Of a stretch of DNA of 24,425 nt, positions 15,077-22,395 are shown one piece after another. Source of the stretch: a virus (lineage: Duplodnaviria > Caudoviricetes); IMG/VR virus record IMGVR_UViG_3300017785_000115, positions 1-24,425 of that record, one strand, 5' to 3'. How positions within the stretch are numbered: the first letter of the stretch is position 1; each line of letters begins with the position of its first letter. The notes beneath the pieces are model-generated. The model did no database searches, had not been told where the DNA came from, and saw only the letters and a program-made list of their open reading frames with translations. The position numbers and the translations under genes are program-made.

Positions 15077-15594
15077 CAGTTGTTCGACCAGCCGTACTGG
15101 TTGCCTCGCGGATGAACAGTGAAAGTGCATTTGGCTTCAGCACCGGGCTGAGAGTCTATCTGGAACTGGCCTACACGCCCGTTAAAGGCATAAGCAACAG
15201 TGTTTGTACCATCCACAGCAGCCACAACAAATGTGCGGTCTACAGTGCCAGAATAAGCGTCAGAACGGATTTGCAGCAAAGCCGAATCGGAAGGGTTCCA
15301 AGCCGCCGTAATGGTCAAACTTGTTGGAGCCGCCTGAACTGGAATCTTGTCGCTTTGACGAGAACCGGCAACACTGAAACTTGCCACCGCATCGTCCATG
15401 CCGAAAGCAGGGATTGCTTCAACAGGAACAGCAACACCAGCAGCGCCAGTGCCGTTTGCAGAAGTGCCAACAATGGTTGTGACTTGAGCCAGCCAAACGG
15501 ACAAGTTAGCAGTGGTCAATGGAGTTGGAGTTGCAGCCGATTGCATCCACAGCGAGGTGCTAAAACCGGGAAGAACTTTTGTTGGGATCGCCAT
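15076..15594 (-). CDS. Major tail tube protein, paralog B
   Basis: 172 aa, beta-rich; 'TSLTITAAWNPSD', 'YAFNGRVGQF', 'AKCTFTVHPRG' fit the tube fold. Strong TAAGGAG SD. Confidence 0.8.
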   Translation of the reverse strand: MAIPTKVLPGFSTSLWMQSAATPTPLTTANLSVWLAQVTTIVGTSANGTGAAGVAVPVEAIPAFGMDDAVASFSVAGSRQSDKIPVQAAPTSLTITAAWNPSDSALLQIRSDAYSGTVDRTFVVAAVDGTNTVAYAFNGRVGQFQIDSQPGAEAKCTFTVHPRGNQYGWSNN

Positions 15595-15603
15595 GTCAAC
15601 TCC

Positions 15604-16098
15604 TTAGACGTTGTTGGACCAACCGTACTGGTTGCCACGGGGGTGAATCGTAAAGGTGCATTTTGCTTCAGCGCCGGGTTGAGAATCAATTTGGAATTGA
15701 CCAACACGCCCGTTGAATGCGTAGTACACAATGTTTGCGCCTTCGGTGGCAGAAACCACGAAAGTGCGATCAATCACGCCAGAATAGGCATCTGCCCTCA
15801 TTAACAGCAAGTTGGTGTCGGAAGGGTTCCAAGCAGCAACAATGGTCATGCTGGTGGGCGCTGCTTGCACAGGGATTTTGTCCGATTGACGAGAACCGGC
15901 AACGCTAAAACTTGCAACAGCGTCATCCATGCCAAAAGCGGGAATTGCCTCAACAGGAAGCAAATTGCCTACAACAGCAATGGGAGAAACCGAGGCAACC
16001 AAAGACAACTGTGCAGTAGTCAAAGGAGTTGGCGTAGCGGTTGGCTGTGCGTATAGCGCAGCACTAAAACCGGGCAAGACTTTGTTTGGTAAGGCCAT
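15604..16098 (-). CDS. Major tail tube protein, paralog A
   Basis: 164 aa, directly after the tail terminator gene. About 75% identical to paralog B by hand alignment. AAGGA SD. Confidence 0.8.
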   Translation of the reverse strand: MALPNKVLPGFSAALYAQPTATPTPLTTAQLSLVASVSPIAVVGNLLPVEAIPAFGMDDAVASFSVAGSRQSDKIPVQAAPTSMTIVAAWNPSDTNLLLMRADAYSGVIDRTFVVSATEGANIVYYAFNGRVGQFQIDSQPGAEAKCTFTIHPRGNQYGWSNNV

Positions 16099-16124
16099 TT
16101 TGAGTATCCTTCAAAAGTTGAACA

Positions 16125-16152
16125 ATTGTCTTATATTAGGCTGGAATGTCAA
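16125..16152 (-). promoter_or_regulatory. Candidate promoter for the tail-tube genes: TTGACA-16-GACAAT, containing motif copy 2 (AATATAAGACAAT, 16137-16125)
   Basis: Consensus -35 TTGACA (16152-16147), 16-nt spacer, -10-like GACAAT (16130-16125) ending 26 nt before the ATG. Confidence 0.6.
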
Positions 16153-16555
16153 TGGTGCAATCCAAATAGATTTGCGCCATTTTTTCCTCGTTGTTGTAAC
16201 TGTTGTAAAGCCACATGACATCTGCTTTTGAGATGTAAAATCCATCTGCCGGGCTTCCCAACAATCCACTGTATCCATGCAGGGACTGCAAAATCTGATT
16301 CGATATTGTAAAACCATCTTCAATCTGTTGAGTGAAAATAGAAATCTGAAATATCGGTCTGTCGATTCCCTTGTTGCTTTGCTGCGTTCCCGTATAAACC
16401 GGCTGATGCACGTTTCGTAGCATCCAAGTAATGAATTTGGGCTGCGTTGAAAAATTGCGGTTAAAAGCGGCATAAACGGGCACAGGCGTGACAATGTTTT
16501 CCAGTTGGTACTGGATAGCCTTGCCATAAACAACAGGGTTTAATTGAGTTGCCAT
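16136..16555 (-). CDS. Tail terminator / completion protein (gpU-like position)
   Basis: 139 aa, 'FQISIF...ILQSLHGYSG' pattern. Immediately upstream of the tube genes. Confidence 0.7.
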   Translation of the reverse strand: MATQLNPVVYGKAIQYQLENIVTPVPVYAAFNRNFSTQPKFITWMLRNVHQPVYTGTQQSNKGIDRPIFQISIFTQQIEDGFTISNQILQSLHGYSGLLGSPADGFYISKADVMWLYNSYNNEEKMAQIYLDCTIDIPA

Positions 16556-16899
16556 TACACCGCCGTAACAGGGTCAGAACGATAACAGGTAAACAGCACC
16601 GTCATGCGATCATCCGACTCGCGCACATTGTCAATTCGCCAATCCTTACCGCGCCATGTAATTGAGTACAGGTCTTGACTGTCCATAATCGTTTTCATGT
16701 TTCGCGTGTAATTCAGCGTGAATGTCGTCATGTCTTGATAAAGCCGATATTTATCAGCAATCTTTAGGCTGTTGGCAACGGCAGCAACCCGAGCGCGAGT
16801 CGCAAACCACAATGTTTGCGTTGTCGATTGCTCACCAAAATCAGACTTGCCAAAAGTCAAGTTGTTGATGTTGATGTTCTCAAAACGAGCAATTGCCAT
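16555..16899 (-). CDS. Head closure / head-tail adaptor (SPP1 gp16-like)
   Basis: 114 aa, 'DFGEQ' and 'ITWRGKDWRIDNV' motifs; synteny. Confidence 0.75.
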   Translation of the reverse strand: MAIARFENININNLTFGKSDFGEQSTTQTLWFATRARVAAVANSLKIADKYRLYQDMTTFTLNYTRNMKTIMDSQDLYSITWRGKDWRIDNVRESDDRMTVLFTCYRSDPVTAV

Positions 16900-16906
16900 T
16901 TTGTGC

Positions 16907-17578
16907 TCACATTACGAGGGGTTTGTAACTGCGTAAAAGCGTTGTCACGCCAAACGGAATGTCTTTCAATTTTGTCTCTGTCGCATTGGCTCGGTTGTTG
17001 TACAAGTGAGTCAGCAAAAGCAAGCCAGCCTGTTTAATCACAGGATAATTTGCCAATGGATTTGCAACAGTTGAATATTCCACAATGATTGGCGCAGACA
17101 TCACCGAATTCACATCAGTCGGCAAATTATTTACGATGACTTTATTACCCGAGGCATCGTAAAAATAATTGGTGTTTGTAATCGTTTGGAACACTGGCGG
17201 GAAAGCATCGTTCCAATAACCAACCGAATTAATTGTCACACCAGAAAGTGCCGGGTTTGTGTTTTGACTGACTTCAGGAAGATCAAGACTGATTGGTGAC
17301 GCTACAAGGCTCTCAGAACCGTACCAGACGCGATAAGTTACCGGGAGGATAGACATCCCCAAGTAATCCTCAATCGCCTGTCTGGTGGCGATTCCAAGGC
17401 TTGCAATGTATGTGTCCTGACTTGTATCGTCAAACAAGTTCAGTTGGTTGGTCATTTCATCAAGCGTCAACCATGCTGTCGAACTATCTCGTCCAATCTG
17501 CTCAACCTTTGCATAGTTGAACGGATTGCGTGTTTGCGCCCCAAAAGGCGCAGCGTATTGATAGTTGTCAACGCTCAT
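16907..17578 (-). CDS. Head-tail connector (HK97 gp6 / SPP1 gp15-like, long form)
   Basis: 'LTLDEMTNQL', 'AIEDYLG' and 'IKQAGLLLLTHLYNNR...IPFGVTTLLRSYK'. Confidence 0.88.
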   Translation of the reverse strand: MSVDNYQYAAPFGAQTRNPFNYAKVEQIGRDSSTAWLTLDEMTNQLNLFDDTSQDTYIASLGIATRQAIEDYLGMSILPVTYRVWYGSESLVASPISLDLPEVSQNTNPALSGVTINSVGYWNDAFPPVFQTITNTNYFYDASGNKVIVNNLPTDVNSVMSAPIIVEYSTVANPLANYPVIKQAGLLLLTHLYNNRANATETKLKDIPFGVTTLLRSYKPLVM

Positions 17579-17580
17579 GT

Positions 17581-18624
17581 TTAAGTCTCAATTGAACGAA
17601 CACCAGCAAAAACGTCACGCACAGAACTGACCATACGCTTTTCAGCATACATGGTCACAAAACCGGGCGTTGTCTGTTCCATTGCCTGAATGGTCATTTC
17701 TTCCACATCAGCAATGGTCATAAAACGAGGCCAGTTGGCAAGGTACATTGACTTGCAACCAACAACACCTGTTGCGTCCAAATATGGGTTTGGAATCACC
17801 GGGAATCCAAATACATGAAGCAACGAACCGGCTTCAGCGGAGCCAATGTCAATGAACGAGTAGCCGCCACTGCCGTGAGCATAGTTACGCAGGGTTTGAA
17901 TGGCTGTTGGGTGCATCATCCAAGCAGTACCCGGCATAGACCAGTATTGCGCTGGCAGAGCATTTGCCATTGCAGACAATGTTTCCGCTTCAAGGCCACC
18001 AGTGTTGTTGTACCCCACGGTAGCCAAAGTGTGCAAGCCGTTTGTAATCGCTGTGCCGCTTGTACCAAACGCAGCGGTTGCACCAGCAGCGCCGGGGTAG
18101 CTATTTAGGCCGCGCAAGCCATCAGTGCCACCAGTGGAGGTAGTGACTGAACCGGCTTGGTCATTGTTGAGGCCACACGATGCGCCCTCAAGTTGGGCAA
18201 ATTCCATCATTAGGTCTTCGACCAATTCGGCGTTCAGTCCATTGACATCCGACAGAACAGCCGAACGAACGGGCAATTGTGCAGAAATCACGCGAGTTGG
18301 CAATTGCCAAATGCTTGTGTTGATGTTGGGTGAACCACTGTTGGGGTTGACTGTGTAGCCCCAAGGGTTTGTGCTGTTTGCAGCGTTACCAGTTTTGCAG
18401 ACAAACTGAACAGCAGAATTTCCGGGTACTTTGATGTTTCGTGCGCCTTGACGAAACGGGTTGGCATATCGCAGGGCAGCAAATGCTTCATCAAAGTGAG
18501 TGCGACCACCGACATTCAAGCCTGAACCAGTGATGGCAGATGCCTCGCGCAAGTCAATCGTGACTCTATCGCCAGTTTCCAATGTTTGCTTAATTCCAGA
18601 CAGGATGCGTTCGGTGATGGTCAT
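17581..18624 (-). CDS. Second HK97-fold capsid protein (minor capsid paralog with a short N-terminal leader)
   Basis: 347 aa, colinear with the upstream MCP (GGRT, TSIWQL, NNDQA, GGT.GLRGL, AAFGTSGT, GLH.LAT, EKR...SVRD..AGVR). HK97 motifs 'AWMMHP' and 'FGFPVIPNPYL'. Own AGGA SD. Confidence 0.9.
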   Translation of the reverse strand: MTITERILSGIKQTLETGDRVTIDLREASAITGSGLNVGGRTHFDEAFAALRYANPFRQGARNIKVPGNSAVQFVCKTGNAANSTNPWGYTVNPNSGSPNINTSIWQLPTRVISAQLPVRSAVLSDVNGLNAELVEDLMMEFAQLEGASCGLNNDQAGSVTTSTGGTDGLRGLNSYPGAAGATAAFGTSGTAITNGLHTLATVGYNNTGGLEAETLSAMANALPAQYWSMPGTAWMMHPTAIQTLRNYAHGSGGYSFIDIGSAEAGSLLHVFGFPVIPNPYLDATGVVGCKSMYLANWPRFMTIADVEEMTIQAMEQTTPGFVTMYAEKRMVSSVRDVFAGVRSIET

Positions 18625-18647
18625 AACAGTTCCTAAATTGTTGGCAC

Positions 18648-18674
18648 AAAAAGGAGGGGGAATTACCCCCCTCC
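18648..18674 (-). terminator. Intrinsic terminator between the two capsid genes
   Basis: Minus strand GGAGGGGG-GTAATT-CCCCCTCC followed by TTTTT, starting 6 nt after the MCP stop. Confidence 0.85.
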
Positions 18675-18680
18675 GTTTTA

Positions 18681-20030
18681 TCAGGTCGATGTACCTGTCG
18701 AGCGATAGCGCACACCCGCATTCGGATCACGAACTGAGGTCGCAAGTCTCTTTTCCCCGTAAAAAGTAATACTTCCGGGTAAAGTTTGGTCATAGCGGCG
18801 CATAACCATGTTCAGCCTGTCTATGATTGTGTGAAAGCGCGAAAAATCAGCAAAATACATTGGGTACAAGCTGTTAGTGCCAGCAGCGCCAGTTGCGGCT
18901 TGGAACGGAGCATCAAGATACTTGTTCATCACCACATCAAAGCCCAACATTTGACCAATGATGCCTTCCGAATTCAACGACTCCATAGAGTTGAAGATTG
19001 GACGACCATTGGTGTCTTGCAGACCACGGATTGCTTGAGCCAAGATAGGGCTGACCATGAACTTAGCGTTTGCGGTCCAATACTGCTGCGGAAGTGCCAT
19101 CACCAAGTTAATAACGTCCTTGTATTGGATGTTGTTAGCGCCAACAGTGTTGCCGTTGGTGGTGATCTGGTCATAAGTAGCCAACGAGTGCAGACCGCTT
19201 GTAGAGCCAGTGCCAGAAGTGCCAAAAGCAGCAGCAGAAGTTGTCCCGCCAGTGTAAGTGGCGTTAGAACCAGCGTACTGATCCAGACCACGCAGACCGT
19301 TTGTGCCACCGTAGGGGTTGCTGACGGATTGTGCGGCTTGGTCGTTGTTCTGAATCATGGATTGGGCCTCGCTCATTGCGAATGAGGCCAGCATGTCGTC
19401 AACAACAACAGCTTCCAAACCATCAATGTCGTCCAACGCAGCAGTACGGATTGGGAACTGCACGTTCAGGTCTTGCATAACCAATTGCCAGATGCTGGTG
19501 TCTTCAGTAGTGGCTGCGCCGTTGTTCTGAATCGAATAGCCCCATGCTTCACCCGGATTGCCTGTGCGCACGCGAAACTGGTACGAGGAACCATCAGTAG
19601 CCACAGTGCGAGAGATACCGCGCATTGGGTTCAACAAACGCAAAGCCGTGAAGGTAGGATCGTAGCCAGTACGACCACCCTTGCCATCACCGCCAGCGGT
19701 CAAAGCAGAGGCTTCTTTCAGGTACGCATCCATTTGGCTTTCGTCTGCAAAGATTTGCAGTTCTTTTTCCAAACGGTTGTTGCCTTTGTAGAACTGGCTC
19801 AGTTGCTCACGCACCGAACGGTTCACATCTTGGCGAACAGTTTTTGCGGGTGTGCGAATGAATTCAGGCATTTGAATAGAAGCAACTTTGGCTTCCAGAG
19901 CAGACACCATCTCTTGCATTTCGGCTTTAACAGCCTCAACAGCAGCAGGGATTTTTGCTTCAACAGCGGTGATGCTTTCGGCTTGTTTAGCTTCGATAGC
20001 ATCCAATTTTTCGATGATTTCTTTAGACAT
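18681..20030 (-). CDS. Major capsid protein, HK97 family, with N-terminal delta (scaffold) domain
   Basis: 449 aa, ~105-aa coiled-coil N-terminus, then 'AKFMVSP...IRGLQDTNGRPIF...MLGFDV'. Follows the protease gene. Confidence 0.95.
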   Translation of the reverse strand: MSKEIIEKLDAIEAKQAESITAVEAKIPAAVEAVKAEMQEMVSALEAKVASIQMPEFIRTPAKTVRQDVNRSVREQLSQFYKGNNRLEKELQIFADESQMDAYLKEASALTAGGDGKGGRTGYDPTFTALRLLNPMRGISRTVATDGSSYQFRVRTGNPGEAWGYSIQNNGAATTEDTSIWQLVMQDLNVQFPIRTAALDDIDGLEAVVVDDMLASFAMSEAQSMIQNNDQAAQSVSNPYGGTNGLRGLDQYAGSNATYTGGTTSAAAFGTSGTGSTSGLHSLATYDQITTNGNTVGANNIQYKDVINLVMALPQQYWTANAKFMVSPILAQAIRGLQDTNGRPIFNSMESLNSEGIIGQMLGFDVVMNKYLDAPFQAATGAAGTNSLYPMYFADFSRFHTIIDRLNMVMRRYDQTLPGSITFYGEKRLATSVRDPNAGVRYRSTGTST

Positions 20031-20033
20031 GAT

Positions 20034-20834
20034 TCAACCTTTAAGTCGTTTGTCGAGGAGTTTTAGAAGTTCACGTTGCTCAAGAGCCGCGAGAATTTCC
20101 GCTTCGGTCGCTTCCGCATCAGAATCACTCTGTTGAGGCGCATTTTCAATGGGTTCAATCACAGCATCACGCTGCTCTAAAACTTTCTTGAATGTTGATG
20201 CGGCAGCGACCGCATCGCTCTTGGACAAGCCAGCATCCCGCAGACTTTCTTCCAAAACTTTTAAATCGGCAGAGCCATCAGGTCGGAAATACTCCAACTT
20301 TTTGATTTCTGCCTTGGTGTTATTTGGGTGCATGACCACGCTGGTTTCACGCAAGCCACCTTTGGTGATTTGGAAATAACCAGACTCGTATGGGTCATCA
20401 GAACCAATGGTCATTGCTTCGCCATCTTCCCTGACCCATTGATATTCTTCAGCGTAAGCACTGACAGACACGCCACCAAACATCATTGGCGACTCTTTCA
20501 TAACTTGGTAGAGGTCAGAGCCAGTGGTGGTGTTTACATACAAACGACCACAAGCGTTCATGCCATCGTCATCCATTTCAATGGAAGTCCACTCGCCGCA
20601 AGGAATGGAACTGTCATTGTGATTGACGTACATCGGGAGAGGACGACCACTTTTTGCGAAATCTTCTGCCCATTGCATAAAGCCTTCAGGCTTGTAGAAG
20701 AATTTACGTCCATCAGCGCCTTCCCGAGCGCCCCAAGTGGTAACGCGAGCCTCAATCAAACCTGTCGGTTCGCCGTTCTCGGCTTTTTCCGTCAAGTTCA
20801 ACTTGGCTTCGCAAATTAGATTCAATGTCTTCAT
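20034..20834 (-). CDS. Prohead maturation protease, HK97 family
   Basis: 'LPMYVNHN' (His), 'GGVSVSA' (Ser), 'LRETSVVMHPNN', and C-terminal 'LEESLRDAGLSKSDA'. Confidence 0.92.
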   Translation of the reverse strand: MKTLNLICEAKLNLTEKAENGEPTGLIEARVTTWGAREGADGRKFFYKPEGFMQWAEDFAKSGRPLPMYVNHNDSSIPCGEWTSIEMDDDGMNACGRLYVNTTTGSDLYQVMKESPMMFGGVSVSAYAEEYQWVREDGEAMTIGSDDPYESGYFQITKGGLRETSVVMHPNNTKAEIKKLEYFRPDGSADLKVLEESLRDAGLSKSDAVAAASTFKKVLEQRDAVIEPIENAPQQSDSDAEATEAEILAALEQRELLKLLDKRLKG

Positions 20835-20862
20835 TGATTGCCCCTAAAGCAATGGATTGATT

Positions 20863-20875
20863 ATTGTCCTGTATT
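20863..20875 (-). promoter_or_regulatory. Candidate late promoter motif, copy 3 (AATACAGGACAAT)
   Basis: Ends 28 nt before the protease ATG. Overlaps a perfect inverted repeat TTTTAGGG-CAACC-CCCTAAAA. Confidence 0.55.
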
Positions 20876-20973
20876 TTAGGGGGTTGCCCTAAAAGTACAG
20901 GCAACTGTTTATGAGGTCGTTTGACCTGTTGTGCTAATGCTACCAGATATTGTGAATCAGTACGCATTTTTTA

Positions 20974-22371
20974 TCAAGTTTTACCAATGTTCATCTTTTT
21001 GGTCTGATTTCCACCGCCGCCACCAGTATCTTGGGCGCTTGAGCCGGGTACAGGTTCGGCTGGCTTGGCATCTTTGACCAACTCGTCACCACCTTCCACA
21101 GAGGAAAGGTTCATATAATTGCGAGCCTCGTTGGGGGTCATAATGCCACCAGAAACGCCAGCAGTGGCAAAGTTCATTTGGTCCAATGGAGCGCCTTTGA
21201 GGAAATCCTTGGTGTCAAATTCCACGCACAACGATGGGTAGCCCTCCAGCAAGTGAGCAGTCAGTTTTTGTTGAATGTTCACAATGGTAGGGTACATGGT
21301 GGTCTTGTAAAACTCGTCCAAAGCCGTTTGGCTGTTGTTGAACTTGCCATCATGGATGCCAATCATAGAAGGCGGCACACCGAACAAGCCGCAGATTCGG
21401 CGCATGGTTTGCAACTTCAATGCCGCAGCGTCAGCGTCTTGCAGGGTCAACATGTCCAGCTTCTGATACTTCATGCCTTGGTCGAGCAGCATGGATTGAC
21501 CCGGCTTGGACGGATCGGACTGCTTGGACCCGACCATGTTGTTCCATGTCTCCTTCAGACGAGCCGCAATCTCTTTGAACTTGCCATCAGGAATGACTGC
21601 TTCGGTCACAAACATTCCAGATGGTTTGGCGCCATTCTGCATAACGTAATTGGCGTACAAATCAATGTCTTGGTCCAAGCCAACCAACTCGGTTGCCAAA
21701 ATACCTTTGTTAAAACCAGCAGAACCCTGCCAAGCCATTTCCTTGCCATGCATGACTTGGAAATACTTGAATTCATGGTCTTTGTTAAAGCCGTAGGAGG
21801 GCGTAGACAGCCTAAATGTAGGGTAGCGAGTGGGCGTGATGTTCACTGCAATCAGCGTTGAATCCAGCACATACATTTCCAGCGGAGTCTCGGTGGAACT
21901 GTTCTGGTCTTTCCTCCACCACAGGGTAAAGGCTTCACCAGACAACTCGTACCACATCAGCCACTGATACCAAAACTCGTATTTCGACTGGAAGTTGTTG
22001 GGGTGTCCCAATAGTTTGGCAACTTGCTTGGCTTTGGCTTTGTCTCTTGGGCCAACACCCTCACCACGAATCGCATCAACGGTTTTACCGTCTGCTGTCT
22101 CGCAGCAAATCTTGATTGGCAACTGCGCCAGCGCCCGAGCCTTGACCCCAATACAGGACATAACAGTGCTGTTTCGTGTCAGCACCGACATGTCCACCGG
22201 ACGACCAGCATTTGTGGTGCTGGCAGTGGTGACATAGAGGATTTGGGTATTTACACCAGCACGTTTGTCACTTCCTTGATAGACAATGTTATTGCCCAAG
22301 GCTGTCTGACCGAACAATGTATTGCTCTCAGACTGAGTGTTTTTGCGCTTGAAAATGTCAAAAATTGCCAT
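20974..22371 (-). CDS. Portal protein, HK97 family
   Basis: 'VMSCIGVKARALAQLP', 'PNNFQSKYEF', 'NGAKPSG', 'ICGLFGVPPSMIG' and 'GIMTPNEARNYMNL...GGDEL'. Confidence 0.96.
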   Translation of the reverse strand: MAIFDIFKRKNTQSESNTLFGQTALGNNIVYQGSDKRAGVNTQILYVTTASTTNAGRPVDMSVLTRNSTVMSCIGVKARALAQLPIKICCETADGKTVDAIRGEGVGPRDKAKAKQVAKLLGHPNNFQSKYEFWYQWLMWYELSGEAFTLWWRKDQNSSTETPLEMYVLDSTLIAVNITPTRYPTFRLSTPSYGFNKDHEFKYFQVMHGKEMAWQGSAGFNKGILATELVGLDQDIDLYANYVMQNGAKPSGMFVTEAVIPDGKFKEIAARLKETWNNMVGSKQSDPSKPGQSMLLDQGMKYQKLDMLTLQDADAAALKLQTMRRICGLFGVPPSMIGIHDGKFNNSQTALDEFYKTTMYPTIVNIQQKLTAHLLEGYPSLCVEFDTKDFLKGAPLDQMNFATAGVSGGIMTPNEARNYMNLSSVEGGDELVKDAKPAEPVPGSSAQDTGGGGGNQTKKMNIGKT

Positions 22372-22395
22372 GATTTCCCCTCAATTTCCAACACT

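Noticed and set aside
15112-15804. 230-aa plus-strand ORF spanning both tube genes
   Set aside because: Antisense shadow of two well-supported genes. Its internal repetition only mirrors the tube duplication, and it has no recognisable motif.
15076-16098. Tube duplication as an assembly artefact or a diversity-generating retroelement TR/VR pair
   Set aside because: Differences are largely synonymous, involve all bases rather than adenines only, and include an indel. No reverse transcriptase is present in the window.
16111-16533. 140-aa alternative-frame ORF over the tail terminator gene
   Set aside because: The 16136..16555 frame has the expected motifs and start/stop coupling. The alternative frame has atypical Arg/Cys/Ser-rich composition.
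18624-18683. Possible read-through or frameshift fusion of the two capsid genes
   Set aside because: Different frames, double stop TGA TAA, an intervening terminator, a separate SD for the second gene and no slippery heptamer at the junction.
21400-21620. Locally GC-richer stretch inside the portal gene, possible recombination patch
   Set aside because: Impression by eye only. The stretch is short and the protein is continuous, so it cannot be supported without computing composition or aligning relatives.
18786-21861. Long plus-strand ORFs opposite capsid, protease and portal (199, 197, 163 and 227 aa)
   Set aside because: Typical stop-poor antisense frames produced by codon bias in the real genes; no domain features.
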